DNA of 64,000 nt from Octopus sinensis (GCF_006345805.1 NC_043000.1:41044001-41108000), one strand, 5' to 3'. Positions 38,415 through 52,191 are shown, counted from the first letter of the stretch. Numbers and translations are program-made. Notes: generated by a model from the letters alone, not told the origin.

Positions 38415-39640
38415 GGTTTCAAGTTTTGGCACAAGGCCAGCAGTTTCAGTGATAGGTGGGATAAGTCGTTTACATCGACCCCAGTGCTCAAATGGTACTT
38501 ATTTTATCGTCCCTGAAAGGATGAAATGCGAAGTCGACCTCGGCGGAATTTGAACTCAGAAAGTAAAGAAGGACAAGATGCCGCCAAACATTTCGTCCGG
38601 GAAGCTAACGATTCTGCCAGCTCGCCGTCTAACATGATATAAAAATAATCCTTTCTACTATAGAAATAAAATCTGAAGGGGAGGGGTATAGTCAATTACA
38701 TCGACCCCCATGCTTGCCTTGTAATTATTTTATCGATCTCGGACAGACGAAAGGTAAAGTCGACCTCGGCGAAATTTGAACACAATATAAAGATGGACGA
38801 AATACCTTTAAGCATTTCGTCCGACATAATAACGATTCTACCAGCTCGTCGCCTTACATACTATCATATAATCCTTTCTACTAAAGGCACACGGCCTTGA
38901 AATTCTGAATGGGTGGGGACTAGTCAATGTAATCGACTCCAATGTTTCAGTGGTACTTAATTTATCAACCACGAAATGATGAAAGGCAAAGTCGACTCCG
39001 GTGGAACTGAACTCAGAACGCAGAGGCAGATGAAATACCTATTTCTTTACTGCCTACAAGGGGCTACACACAGAGGGGACAAACAAGGACAGACAAACGA
39101 ATTAAATCGATCATATCGACGCCAGTGCGTAACTGGTACTTATTTAATTAACCTCGAAAGGATGAAAGGCAAAGCTGACCTCAGCGGAATTTGAACTCAG
39201 AACGTAGCGGCAGACGAAATACCTATTTCTTTACTGCCAGCAAGGGGCTAAACACAGAGGGGACAAACAAGGACAGACAAACGAAATTAAGTCGATTATA
39301 TCGACCCCAGTGCGTAACTGGTACTTATGTAATTGACCCATGAAGGATGAAAGGCAAAATCGACTTCGGCAGAATTTGAACTCAGAACGTAACGGCAGAC
39401 GAAATACCTATTTCTGTACTACCAACAAGGGGCTAAACACAGAGAGGACAAGCAAGGACAGACAAACGGATTAAGTCGATTATATCGACCCCAGTGCGTA
39501 ACTGGTACTTATTTAATCGACCCCGAAAGGATGAAAAGCAAAGTCGACCTCGGCGGAATTTGAACTCAGAACGTAGCGGCAGACGAAATACCGCTAAGTA
39601 AATCGTCTAGCGTGCTAACGATTCTGCCAGCTCACCGGCT
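38415..39640 (-). mobile_element. Tandem SINE A stack: three older copies, the last containing three young units of about 184 bp
   Basis: gaaatacc at about 39032, 39215, 39401, 39585. Confidence 0.9.
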
Positions 39641-40316
39641 TTTTACATATTATAACGAGACATAGACTGCACTGGATTTTAACAATGCATAAAGAGGGGA
39701 AAATGCTTCTCGAATCCTGAGTAGAAATCGATGCCAATTAATTTTTTCCGTTACGGGGCTTGTATACTTTAATATTAGACTATTTTCTATACTCATTATA
39801 CGATGAAGGCTCATAATTCTGTTTGCACAATTTCGTTCGCTGTCGATTCCCAATCCAAGCAGAATTCGAACATATTTACATGTTTGTCAGCTATTCGCGT
39901 TTCCAAAACTTTCTGAGTGTCTCAATTACTTTACGTAATAGAATGGAAAATTTTGCATACAATGCGGGAGACATTACTTTACTTTCGGCGATATCCTAGC
40001 GTCATATCCCAGAGATGTATTTGATATGTTACTCATTCATCTGTACAGATTTGTGTAGGGAAGCACCAAAGTTTTTTATAAGTAGGTATCTATAGAAGAT
40101 TAGATAAAACAGAGGGTTGGCTATGTAATTTATCACTATTTTATCTATAACCACTTCAAAACGCACGCACACGCACAAACGTACACAGTCCCACACCGAC
40201 ACACAAGCACATACACTTACTCATAAAAGAGTAACACATACACACCTAAACACACATAGACTTAAAAATATATCATACTCATTCACTTGTCACCGTTAGC
40301 AATTCTGACACCATGC

Positions 40317-40350
<34 letters not shown>

Positions 40351-40366
40351 ATATGTGGTGTGTGTG

Positions 40367-40398
<32 letters not shown>

Positions 40399-40665
40399 AG
40401 TGTATATATATCTTTATGTATATATTATATATATATGTGTGTGTAACATATAGTATATATATATAATATATATATATAATATATTATGTGTGTATGTGTG
40501 GGTATACGTATATATATATGTATTTGTATATATATATGTATATATTATTACGTGATATATAACATATATATATACATATATTAATATACATACACACACA
40601 CACATTCAGAGTAACATGAGAGAAAGGGAGAGGAAGGGATGGTGAGTGGAAGGTGGTACAGATAG

Positions 40666-40753
<88 letters not shown>

Positions 40754-41031
40754 GCGTGCATGCATGCATACATATATACATAAGCTGATAGAAAATGAGG
40801 ACATGACTCCCTACCTCCTTTCTCACTTCTTCACAATCTCCTTTTTTTCTTTACATACTGTGTACACAACATTAAACGTCTGAACAACACGAACTCTTTA
40901 CTTTTAACACATTGTCGCTAACACTACTCGGATTTAAAACTAAAAGAAAAGACAACTTACATTTGAAATGATAAACAATAACCCTAAATACACTACGTAC
41001 ATTCACAAACACACACACATATGTATGTGTG

Positions 41032-41109
<78 letters not shown>

Positions 41110-41348
41110 GGGGTGGGAACTATATGTATACCTGTAATATATGTATAAACAGTAGACAGCTATTATTTATAAACAAATTGAAATAACCTATTTGTCACCA
41201 TTACTAATATCATCGCCAACCCTATCACCACCTCATTTACAACATGGTTGCCAATATCTATACTAATAACAAGGACAACGTAACAACAATATCCACATAC
41301 ACAATATATATGTGTGTGTGTGTGTGTGTGTATGTATATATATATACA

Positions 41349-41395
<47 letters not shown>

Positions 41396-41639
41396 TATTA
41401 TATATATATAATATATATATTATATATACATATATACATATATATATATATATACATGTACATATATATATATACACATGTACATATATATATACATACA
41501 TACACATGTGCATGTATAAATATATGCATACGTTCATACAAAATGAAAAGTGAAAAAAAAGGGGAGAGTTTTTAAGCGTAAAGTCAATCGATGTTTGCAT
41601 ATTGTTTATACTGTATGGGTGTCGTAAATAGTCACAGTA

Positions 41640-42060
41640 ACAACACTACAGAGGGTGGTCCAATCCGTATCTTTGTAGTACGTCCGTAACCATCAATACA
41701 CAGCACACACTGGTACTGACTTCTTTCGTAATAATGTTAGTTGTACTTATATAGAATCCACTTACCATGCCATTCAGCTATTACAAAAGGCCTGTGGCAA
41801 CAAAAACTTCCTTTATTTTTTTTTCAGGTGCAAAGTTTCTCTCCCCAATTTCTGTACTACTTTCCTTAACCCCATCAAAACTTTTTTCCAATCTACTTAG
41901 GTTATTCATATATCTGCCGTTCTTCATTGACAACGTGTATTCTACCTACCTCTTCACAGACATCGAACGTGCCTATTTATGGTTACTTAACGTTTATTTA
42001 TTAATTCTTATTTTTAATTATTCAGTGGAACTCGGGCTGCGCCCTTGATCTTGCTCAGGT
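41640..42060 (-). mobile_element. Degraded RTE-clade LINE RT fragment
   Basis: Minus strand KNGRYMNNL (cf. INGRNINNLRYADD) and VKESSTEIG...LHLKK. Confidence 0.4.
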
Positions 42061-43503
42061 TCTCCAAACGTCTGAAAGGAAAAGAGAGTATTATACTCAA
42101 ACTGCAAATGTTTGAAAACCACAGTATGAGTTGTTGGTGTTAAATCTTTTGATGGATTAAGTCAACGAGCCAAGAAAAGAAACAGTTCTTTCAATAGGCT
42201 TCCATATAGTTTATGCCCGCTAAATATTTATCGCCAGACTTTATTCGATTTAAGCCCATGGTTGAAGCCACTTGTTCAAAATGCTACGTAGACGGATTGA
42301 GTCCATCACCTTGTAGCAGCGAAACAATTTTTAAATCACAAAGCCATTTTTTAGGAGTAGCATCCAAATATCTATCAAACCATAAACACTTGTCTTAAAA
42401 AAACACAAAACAAAACCAAAAAGACAAAGCAAAAACGACATTAGATAATGCAGACCCAGATATACAATGCCTGATGAAGTTCATCTTTGCATTAGATTAT
42501 TTAACAGCAAACGTTTCTTCTCCAAAAGACAAGCATGTCAATCAGATAAGTCATTAGAACTCTACTTGTACGTAGCTTATTCGAAGAAACGACCATATTT
42601 CTCACATAAGACACATAAGCATTTGATAGAAGCCATTTTGCTTAATATATATCCCGTTCATCCCTCACACAGCATAAGCCCAGAATTTCAAAATTTCCAC
42701 ATGGTTCCACATTTAGTTGGGCAACTAATTCTTCCTGAGCCGCAAAGAATTCTTCCTATAATTCTTGTAGGAAATCATTATGATCACCAACATTCTGATA
42801 ATAATCAACCTTAGAAATGCATTTAAAAGAGTTTACCACAAATTAAGAAAGGCCGCTGAGTGATATTTCGAGAAAAGGTCACTTAGCGTTCCCTCTTTCT
42901 TTCTACCTTCTCACTCTTTGACGCAGTCTTTGAAGCTCATTCGATTAATAGATTACTGTTACATTAACAGTATTTTGTTTCGATGGTATATGCAGATTTG
43001 CCAATGCCATTAGCTTAATTTTGATAATACTAAAACTCTAGAAGATGTTTCTTTGTACTCGAAATATCTCAGAAATACAATATTTCATCTTAATTTTTTG
43101 GCATATATATTTTGATACTTACCTTATGCAGTGCAGTACAAATTTTTTGTGGTATTTGGACCTCTATTAATGAAAACGATTAAAAACAATTTTTGTTTGT
43201 TATTCCTGAAAAATAATCATGGCTTCCGTGACGTCAACACACATACAAACATACCGAATACACATATACATAATGTGTGTCATGGCGTGTGAATCAACAC
43301 AAATACACGTCCGCTATGTGAGACATATGCGCACACATAGTCTTCGCGCTCTCTATCACTATTTAAGAAAGAAAACAAAAACGTCGAATTTTATATATTT
43401 TAGCTTTCTTTAAACAGACGATATTTTAATGGTTTTTTTTAATTATTTTCAAGTGAACACCGTTACGAAAATTTTTCGAGTGCATTCAACGTATCTCAGC
43501 TAC

Positions 43504-43622
43504 AAAGATTTGGCTGCTATTTCTAGCACGCCCTGCTACCAGGTAACAGCTATTTGCGATAAAGGACCCCAAATACCTGTTACATGGTAGCAGGTCGTGT
43601 AAGAAATAGCAGCCAAATCTTT
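43504..43622. repeat. 119-nt hairpin (53-bp arms, 13-nt loop) built from a dispersed repeat motif
   Basis: aaagatttggctgctatttctagcacgccctgctaccaggtaacagctatttg pairs with caaatacctgttacatggtagcaggtcgtgtaagaaatagcagccaaatcttt, 5 mismatches. Confidence 0.9.
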
Positions 43623-44517
43623 CCTTTTCCGTGGAAAGGAGCCGTTTACCCGTGATTTCGATGTCACATTCGCTGAAAGCATGCGAAATAACTTGGAAAA
43701 GAAAAGAAACCCATAAAACAAAACGGGTCACGGGTAGTCAAGTATCGTTATAAACGTAGTTTTATAACCTCATAGTAACCCCAGAGACAGTTCCAAAAAG
43801 TACTCAGTCACAGATGAATTCCCAACGCAAGATTAAAACCAGTCCAAGTTAACCCTTTTTTATTGTTTATGAAAATATTGTCTATACAAAGGCGGTTTTT
43901 ACATCTGCCTACAAAGCATTGTCTTTATCGGCAAATTTGCCTATAGACAATTGGCTAAAAATCAACAGATATATTTTATTGTGTTATAATATTGAGACAA
44001 AGTATTATTACCTCACCTGTAGTTTAGCAATCGCACCAGAAAGCAAGTATGCGTTATGTATGCAAACTGGGTTTTCCAGTTTATGTAAAGTTTTAGTAAT
44101 CTTGGATTTCTAAACTGTCTCTCAGAGGAGTTATAGAGGATACGGAGCCACTGATGAATTCCTAACAAGACTGAACTTCTTATCTTCCTGTTTCTTTCTT
44201 TTATTTTTGTCCATGAAAATTTTAACAAATATAAATCAAAGTATCTTGATCACCACAATTTTGCATAATAGCACCGCATTTGCTAGGAGGAAATCTTAGG
44301 ATGAGGGACATTTTTAGTTTCCTAGATTAAAAGAATATAAATTTATTAATATTAGAAGGAAATTATTTTCGTCACAAGAAAGGGAAAAAATTTCAGTGGT
44401 CGTAAGGTGACGGTGGGGTAGAGGTGGTAATGATGGCTCGATAACAGTTCCAACCAATCATAGCTTGTACTTCGTTTCACGAGACGGTTTTGTTTGTATG
44501 TAGATATAGGAAATTGG

Positions 44518-44571
<54 letters not shown>

Positions 44572-44739
44572 TGTGTGTGTGTGTGTGAACTGTATTTTAA
44601 TGTGTACCTTCTATGAATGAAAATTAGTAAATTTAAAATCTCAAATATGAATGAAGAAACTTTCCTCTCTCTCTCTCTCTCTCCCTCTGTAAACACTCAC
44701 ATATATATATATATAAAAGGGTGAAGGCCCACTTCAGTC

Positions 44740-45022
44740 TGGCCATGGGATTGCACCTACAAAGTTACCCTCCGAGACACAAGTCCGGGGAAGGTTGTTT
44801 ATGGAAGACCAGTAGTCACCCATGCAAACCAGCCTCCCCACTCCACGCCACTGATTTTATCCAAGAGAAAGGTAAAGGCCGATACAGCTTGGCACCAGTG
44901 ATATTGCAACTAATTTCCACAGCTGCCTTAATTGGAGCAACGTGAAATAAACTGTCTTCCTCAAGAACACAACACACAGCCCGGTCCGGGAATCGAACTC
45001 ACTACTTCATGATTGTGAGCCC
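44740..45022 (-). mobile_element. SINE family C, 5'-truncated
   Basis: Homologous to 30945-31225. Confidence 0.85.
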
Positions 45023-45028
45023 CTCCCC

Positions 45029-45097
<69 letters not shown>

Positions 45098-46233
45098 TAT
45101 ATATATATATATATACATGTGTATATAACGATATAGGCGCGTGTGTGCGCCTGTATCTTTATATCAAATACTTTTAAATACTATTAAATAATTGGAACTC
45201 CGACAAAATATGTGAGAAATATTTTCTTCCGTTTGTTCCCTACTCGATATATACAAGTGACTTAACATTTCTAGTCGGAAATTCTGCTATTGAAGCGTAC
45301 AACCGATAAATACGTTTATTATTCCCCACCCCCATTACTTTCAAAGCACTTTAAAGCACACATTAATGCTGATTTATGTAGTTCAATCTTATGTAAGTTT
45401 GCAAATAGATAAAAAAGAAAGAAAAAAAAGAGTGGTCAAGCGGTTTTCTCAGCCCAAGTTCCAGACTCAATCCGTCATAATGAGATTACGGATCTTTTCT
45501 AAAAGATGGACAGAATTTTCTAGTTAACTAAACAATTTGAAAATTTGTATACTGGTAGAATGTGTCAAAAGAAAACATTAATTTCAACTAGATTTTTTGA
45601 GAAAATTGTATTTTGTAACTTTTACGTAGTTTAATTCTTCGAATTTTAACCAATGAAATCCCAGCATTTGACCTAAATTCATTTGCTGCGTCTAAGTAAA
45701 CAGTACACACATACACACGCACACGTGCTATTCATCCATCACTCCTGTCTTCTGCAAGTGTATGTTTTTATAAGCGATTATTCCAACCCTATTTGAATCT
45801 CTGAACATAGGAAGAGAAAATCGGTTCAGTACATTCCGAGAAGCGCACCGTGGCCTTGGGATCCTGGAAGAGACGACCACTGGAATAAACTACTAAAATC
45901 TGTTCCCATATTCCATTAAAACTTCATCATTTATTTTATATTTTGGTCGAATGTGACCTTCAATTTTAGAAGGTTTACTGTATGTTTTGAAGAAAATCGT
46001 CTGCCATTTCTTTTAGATCAAGCACTATGTAGAGATTTCTTTGTCCGGGAATATGCTGTTTTTCTGTTTTGGCATACACACACATACACACACACGCACG
46101 CACGCACACATACATACACACACATACAGATATACATACGTGCATACATTCATGCATGTGTGCATGTGCATACATACATACGTATCTGTATGTGTATATA
46201 TACACACACATACAATATATATGTATATATATA

Positions 46234-46400
46234 GGCGCAGGAGTGGCTGTGTGGTAAGTAGCTAGTTAACCAACCACATGGTTCTGGGTTCAGTCCCACT
46301 GCGTGGCATCTTGGGCAAGTGTCTTCTGCTATAGTCCCGGCCCGACCAATGCCTTGTGAGTGGATTTGTTAGACAGAAACTGAAGGAAGCCTGTCGTATG
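46234..46400 (+). mobile_element. SINE family B, 5' half
   Basis: ggcgcaggagtggctgtgtggtaag...ggttcagtcccactgcgtggc. Confidence 0.88.
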
Positions 46401-46436
<36 letters not shown>

Positions 46437-46476
46437 ATATATTATATATATATATATATATATGTATATTATATAC

Positions 46477-46522
<46 letters not shown>

Positions 46523-46563
46523 CATATATATACATATATATATATATACATATATATATATAC

Positions 46564-46598
<35 letters not shown>

Positions 46599-46678
46599 AT
46601 ATATATATATACAACCATATATATATATATATAATATATATATATATATATCTATATATATATAATATATATATATAT

Positions 46679-46897
46679 ATAATACAAAATGAGAAAATGG
46701 AACATAGGTATGTTTCTCCATTTTCTCATTTTGTATTATTAATTTACGGTAATAATTTTACCCTTGCCCACATAATACAGTAGATGAATTAATTGCACCG
46801 CAATTTTAAACATTTATGTATTAGTCTTGTTGGTGTACCTCTCTAGCAGTATATTGGATATATGTTATCCCATGGAGGGTTGATTTACAACCCCTAC
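46679..46897 (+). mobile_element. Palindrome-headed short insert in (TA)n (PLE pseudo-LTR-like)
   Basis: ataatacaaaatgagaaaatgga...tccattttctcattttgtattat then about 155-nt unique tail. Confidence 0.6.
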
Positions 46898-46899
46898 AC

Positions 46900-46932
<33 letters not shown>

Positions 46933-47492
46933 ATATTATATATGTATATATAAGTGTACGAATGTGAGTATATATGTATGAATGTAGACTGGGAAAGTGT
47001 CACATGAAATATGACACCTTTGTGAAGATACGCTGATTTATTAATATGTCACATCTTATGGAACAAAAGACTAAATGTGCAGCATGCCAACGGAGCCTCT
47101 ACACAACACAGACGAACGCGCGCGCGTGCACATACGCACACGCACATACACACACACACACACATACACGCAGAGGTTTTGTTGTTTCGGCATCTTAGCA
47201 ACAACAAAGTAAATGTATACTTTTGCTTTTCCTTCTTTTTTTAGTTTATTTCGAATGTTTTTATTTGTGTTTTTATTTCATTTTAGATAAACTTGTGTTT
47301 TTTGTTATTATTTTTGTGTCGTTTCTTCAATTATCTTTCGTTTTATTTACTTACGCACACGCACGAACACAAACACTCATACACGCACACACACGCACAC
47401 ACACACACACACACACACGCACACACCACACACACACACATTGTTGCCAAATGATCTAATGTAGTTCAGAATGGTTTGTTATCATTCATGAC

Positions 47493-47610
<118 letters not shown>

Positions 47611-47773
47611 CTGTCTGTCTGTGTATAATACGTATCTATGTATCTATCCATCTATCTGGCGTATATATGGCGCATGTATGTATGTATGTATCTATCTAGC
47701 TTTCTTACTATATACATATATATATATATATATTATAATATAATAATTATTATTATTATAAAAATAATAATAA

Positions 47774-47792
47774 CTAGGTGGACCCGTGAAAA

Positions 47793-47850
<58 letters not shown>

Positions 47851-47912
47851 ATAATAATTATTATTTATTATAAAAATAAAATACTTGGACCCGTGAAAAA
47901 TTCACTGAAAAC
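47774..47912 (-). mobile_element. Helitron-like 3' terminus, locally duplicated
   Basis: Minus strand ttttcacgggtccacCTAGt; second copy shows hairpin ccgtgaa-aaa-ttcactg; ggacccgtgaaaaatt occurs twice around (TA)n. Confidence 0.45.
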
Positions 47913-48585
47913 AAAAAATGTAAGCATCTGTAAACAGTGTACTAGTGCCAAGAGAAATGTTTGCATATTATGACCGTCTGTCTTAACGCTCCGAGTTGAA
48001 ATTCTTTCGAGGTCGACTTTACCTTTCGTCTTGTCGGGGTCGATAAATTAAGTACCAGTTGTGTGCTAGGGTCGATATAACAACTGGGCCCCTCCCAACA
48101 AAGATTTCAGGCCTAGAAATGTATATTGTGACAGTTACAGAATATAGAAAGTAACGTAATACCAATGACTATATAATCCAACCAAAATGTCTCGGTTACA
48201 CAAACGTAAATAGAATTAAGTATCTAATGAATGTGTATATATATCTGTGTATATAAGGATATGTATGTAGGAATGTACACGCATGTGTATGGGTGTACGT
48301 GTGTGTGTGTGTGTGTGTCTCTCTCTCTCTCTATATATATATATATGGGTGCATATATATATATGTATATATATATGGGTGTATGATATATCTATATATA
48401 TACACATAAGAATATGTGTATTGGTATATATACAATTTAGTATACGTGTACCTATTTCTATATCAGTGAGTATGTATGTTTACATATGTATATGTAAATC
48501 TATGTATGTCTGTGTAAACTAACTATATTATGTTATTTGCGAATATCCAGTGTTTATTAATTGAAGACTCTCCTGCATTACTAAA

Positions 48586-49278
48586 GGGGAGTAAGGGAAA
48601 GGAGGGGAGGAAGAGGAGTAGGAAGGGGAGGAAGGAGGAAAGGGGAGGAAGGAGGAAAGGGGAGGAATGACTTTCTAGATGATTCCGAGGAGAAGGTGAG
48701 TACTTCCTGGAAAAATCCGAGGATGGGGTGAGTGGTACATCCTGGAAAAGTCCGAGGAGGAGTGAGTGGGACTTCCTGAAAAATTCCAAGGAGGGGAGGA
48801 AGGATCTTCTGGAAAAGTGCGAGGAGGAGAAGGAAGGGGAGGAAGGACTTCGTGGAAAAGACCAAGGATGAGAGGAAGGAGAGGACTTCTCTAGGAAGTC
48901 ATTCCTCTCCTTTCCCCTTCCTCCACCTTCTTAGACTTTTCCAGAAAGTCCTTCTTCACCTTACTCTCCTTCCACCCCTCCTCGAACATTTCCAGGAAGA
49001 TTCCCCTCCCCTTCCTTCCCTTCTTGTCCCTCCCGGACTTTTCCAGGAAGTCCTCCTTCCTCTCCTCAGACTTGGGGACGAAGGGGAGGAAGGACTTCGT
49101 GGAAAAGTCCGAGGAGGGGGGCAAGTGGAGCAAGGACCTCCTGGAAAAGACCGAGAAGGAATAGGAAAGGGAGGAATGGGATGAGAGGAAGGACTTCCTG
49201 GAAAAGTCCGAGGAGCGAGAGGAAGGGGAGGAAGAACTTTCTGGAAATATCTGAAGAGGGGGAGGAAGGAGAGGAAGT
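48586..49278. repeat. Array of about 14 palindromic 19-bp units (GGACTTCCTGGAAAAGTCC) with variable purine spacers and an internal inversion
   Basis: Units at about 48668, 48700, 48735, 48769, 48802, 48845, 48883, inverted 48933, 48985, 49035, then 49092, 49134, 49191, 49234. Confidence 0.9.
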
Positions 49279-49884
49279 TTATATATGTGTGAATACAGTA
49301 TCTATGTATATATGCATATATATATAAGCATATATATATATATATTTATTTATTTATACATACATATATATACATATATATATACATATATGCATATATA
49401 CTCGTACATAAAGAAATGCATACATATAAATACTCATGTTTATAAATGTGTGTGCATTAAGTATACATACACGAATACACACACACGCGCATATGTATAT
49501 ATATATATACGTACGTGTGTGTGTGTGTGTATGTATATAATTTAGAACAAACAGTAAATTGTCATTATATTACTCGGAGTTTCGAATGTCGGAGCGAAGT
49601 GCCATGATGCCTTCTCTTCGGCTATTAATAGCAATAGACGCTATGAAAAACTGCTGAATAAAAGGGAAGTCACTTATCAATAATATTAATACGCTAACAT
49701 TTTGTTTTTGTACGTACCTGTTGTGTGCGTCACACTTACTTCTTTGGAGTGGCAAAGCGAGAGAGCAGAGGAGAGAAAGGAAATAAGAGAGAAAGGGAGA
49801 GTTCGTGAGAGAGAAAGAGAGAGACATCAGTGGTGACGGCGTTCGTTTTGTGCTTTTAAATGTTTCAGAGAGGAAGTAAGAGAG

Positions 49885-49922
<38 letters not shown>

Positions 49923-50254
49923 TGAGAGAGTGTGAGAGAATGAAAGAGACAGTGAGTGGTGACGGCGTTCGTTTTGTGTTTTTAAATGTTTATCACATCG
50001 CAAGAGAAGTAGATACATAGATACATATGCACATTGTTTGATCAAAAGCGGGAGAGAAGGACACAAAGGCAGTGAAAGAGAAAGTGTGTGAGAGACTTAG
50101 CAAATATTGGCTGCCAGTTTCGCTTTTCATTATCATACGAGAATAAAATTAACTCACAAATGGCTGAGTAATCCACAGCTACAACTCCACACACACACAC
50201 ACACACACATGCACACAAACACACACACACACACAAACAAACAAACACACACAC

Positions 50255-50320
<66 letters not shown>

Positions 50321-50509
50321 GAATGTATTTGCGTGTGTGTATAGGTTAGTTAAAACATGTTTGCAACAAGTGTCGCGTGGTGGAAATAAACGCAATTTCC
50401 AAACTTTCATTCATAAATCCATTAATTATTTCGTTCTTTTGCATTTCAATTTGTACATTTGTACCCAGAAATTTTCAGCAACTGCACGCCAGAAGAAATG
50501 GAAAAAAAC

Positions 50510-50705
50510 ATTCGCAGAATTAAATTTAGCCCAAGTGATGCAAATATTCCATTCACACTAAACAGACTTCAGTTTCCACTTCGACTTGCATATTCAATGA
50601 CAATTAATAAGGCTCAAAGGCAAACATTTGAAAAATTTGGAATACATTTTCCTCAATCGGTATTTGAGGAAATATGCGACATATATATATATGTCGCATT
50701 TTTAA
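50510..50705 (+). mobile_element. Helitron RepHel PIF1-helicase C-terminal fragment
   Basis: RIKFSPSDANIPFTLNRLQFPLRLAYSMTINKAQRQTFEKFGIHFPQSVF...YVAF (PIF1 motifs V/VI). Confidence 0.9.
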
Positions 50706-51176
50706 AGATACGTTATACACACATACATAAACTTCTGGCTGAAATATCTTATCTTTTAGAAAGATAACTTCCGAAGGAAAGTTAAATATGCTGCCAGAAT
50801 CGCGTGCGCGCGTACACAGACGCAAAAATACACGCACGCACACATACACACACATACACACACACACACACACATACACACACACACACATATGACGCAC
50901 ACGCACACTCACAACACACACAGAATGCGTGTCAAGTCAGAAGTTTAATACAATTAATGTAACTTTATAAACACCCTCCCATAGACACTGTTGTACATAT
51001 ACACATGCACGCGTGTTTGTGCGTGAGTGTGCATATAAATTCGTAATTACTGTATATCTTATTACATATAAAGAAACACATAGATGACGCAGAAAATATA
51101 TCAACAACGCAATATATATACACATATACAAATGTAAATATATATATATATACATATGCATACGCATATACATACA

Positions 51177-51224
<48 letters not shown>

Positions 51225-51237
51225 ATATATATATATT

Positions 51238-51412
51238 GTTGTTTGCTCCTACTCAAGTCATTCCTGGCTCATAAGGGTCGGTTTCCCGGTGATGCACGAG
51301 GAAAGAGTGAGAGAAAGTTGTGGCGAAAGAGTCAGCAGCAGTTCGCAATTCCTTCTGTCGGAGCACACATCGGCCAGTCTGAGATTCTAACCACTAGGCC
51401 ATGCGCCTCCAC
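51238..51412 (-). mobile_element. Internally deleted tRNA-SINE-like element
   Basis: Minus head gtggaggcgcatggcctagtggttag (A-box-like), caaacaacaa tail. Confidence 0.55.
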
Positions 51413-51946
51413 TATATATATGTGTGTGTGTGGTGTGTGTGTGTGTGTGTGTGTGTGCGTGTGTGTGTGTGTGTGTATGTGTGTGTGTGTGTGTTTGAAT
51501 AATTCGAACTTAAAACAGCCTCGGATTAGAATATCTGTGTGTAATATTCATTATGCAAATGCAAACTTGGAATAGCTCTCCCTGTAATATTTTGTATCCG
51601 AGAAACATCTCTTAACAATTTGTGAATTTCAATCTGATTTACTTCCCGCAGAGAACGTAGCTAAACTGAAAAAAACTAAAAATGAAATTAGACAAGCAAA
51701 CAGATGTTAGAGAAAAATTTTAGAGATATAAAGCGAAAAACCAATGAAAGAAGTTTTCATTTAGATAAATGACGCCAACTGAATAAACAGCTGAGGTTCT
51801 GGAGTTTTGGATTATGCCCTTTTCCTAAAAGAAGTAAAATATATTGAGGCAAAAAGAGAGGGAAAATATATATATAAGATATCAAATTTAGTGTATGTAT
51901 AGCAAGTCTCTCCCCCTCTCTGTCACTCATTCTTTCTCTCTGTGTG

Positions 51947-51977
<31 letters not shown>

Positions 51978-51984
51978 GTATATC

Positions 51985-52167
51985 GTTAGCTCCTACACGC
52001 ATTTTTTTCTCTCCTTGTTTTTTTCTGTGTATCTTTCTGTCGAAGAGCGTAGGCTCGAAACGTAAAAGACTTTTTCTATTTCTATTCCTGAGCGCTATAC
52101 TAATACATTTGTTTGTTTGTACTCCACCTGCCTTCGTCTTTTGTTTATTTTCGTAAACTTTCCCGTT
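51985..52167 (+). mobile_element. PLE-type pseudo-LTR fragment with hammerhead-variant motif (52032-52069)
   Basis: tcttt-CTGTCGAA-gagc-gtag-gctc-GAAAC-GTA-aaaga; element ends in (TA)n. Confidence 0.6.
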
Positions 52168-52191
52168 ATATATATATATATACATTCATGC

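Noticed and set aside
42467-42814. 115-aa ORF and ctgatga at 42471
   Set aside because: No recognisable motif or splice support; ctgatga lacks a downstream GAAAC/GTH with stems
48586-49278. CRISPR array or protein-coding repeat
   Set aside because: Eukaryotic context, no cas genes, spacers are low-complexity purine runs; the ORFs are by-products of the repeat
50459-50767. Host PIF1 helicase exon
   Set aside because: Helitron-type sequence, disrupted motifs (KAQRQT, SHGQL lost) and no partner exons
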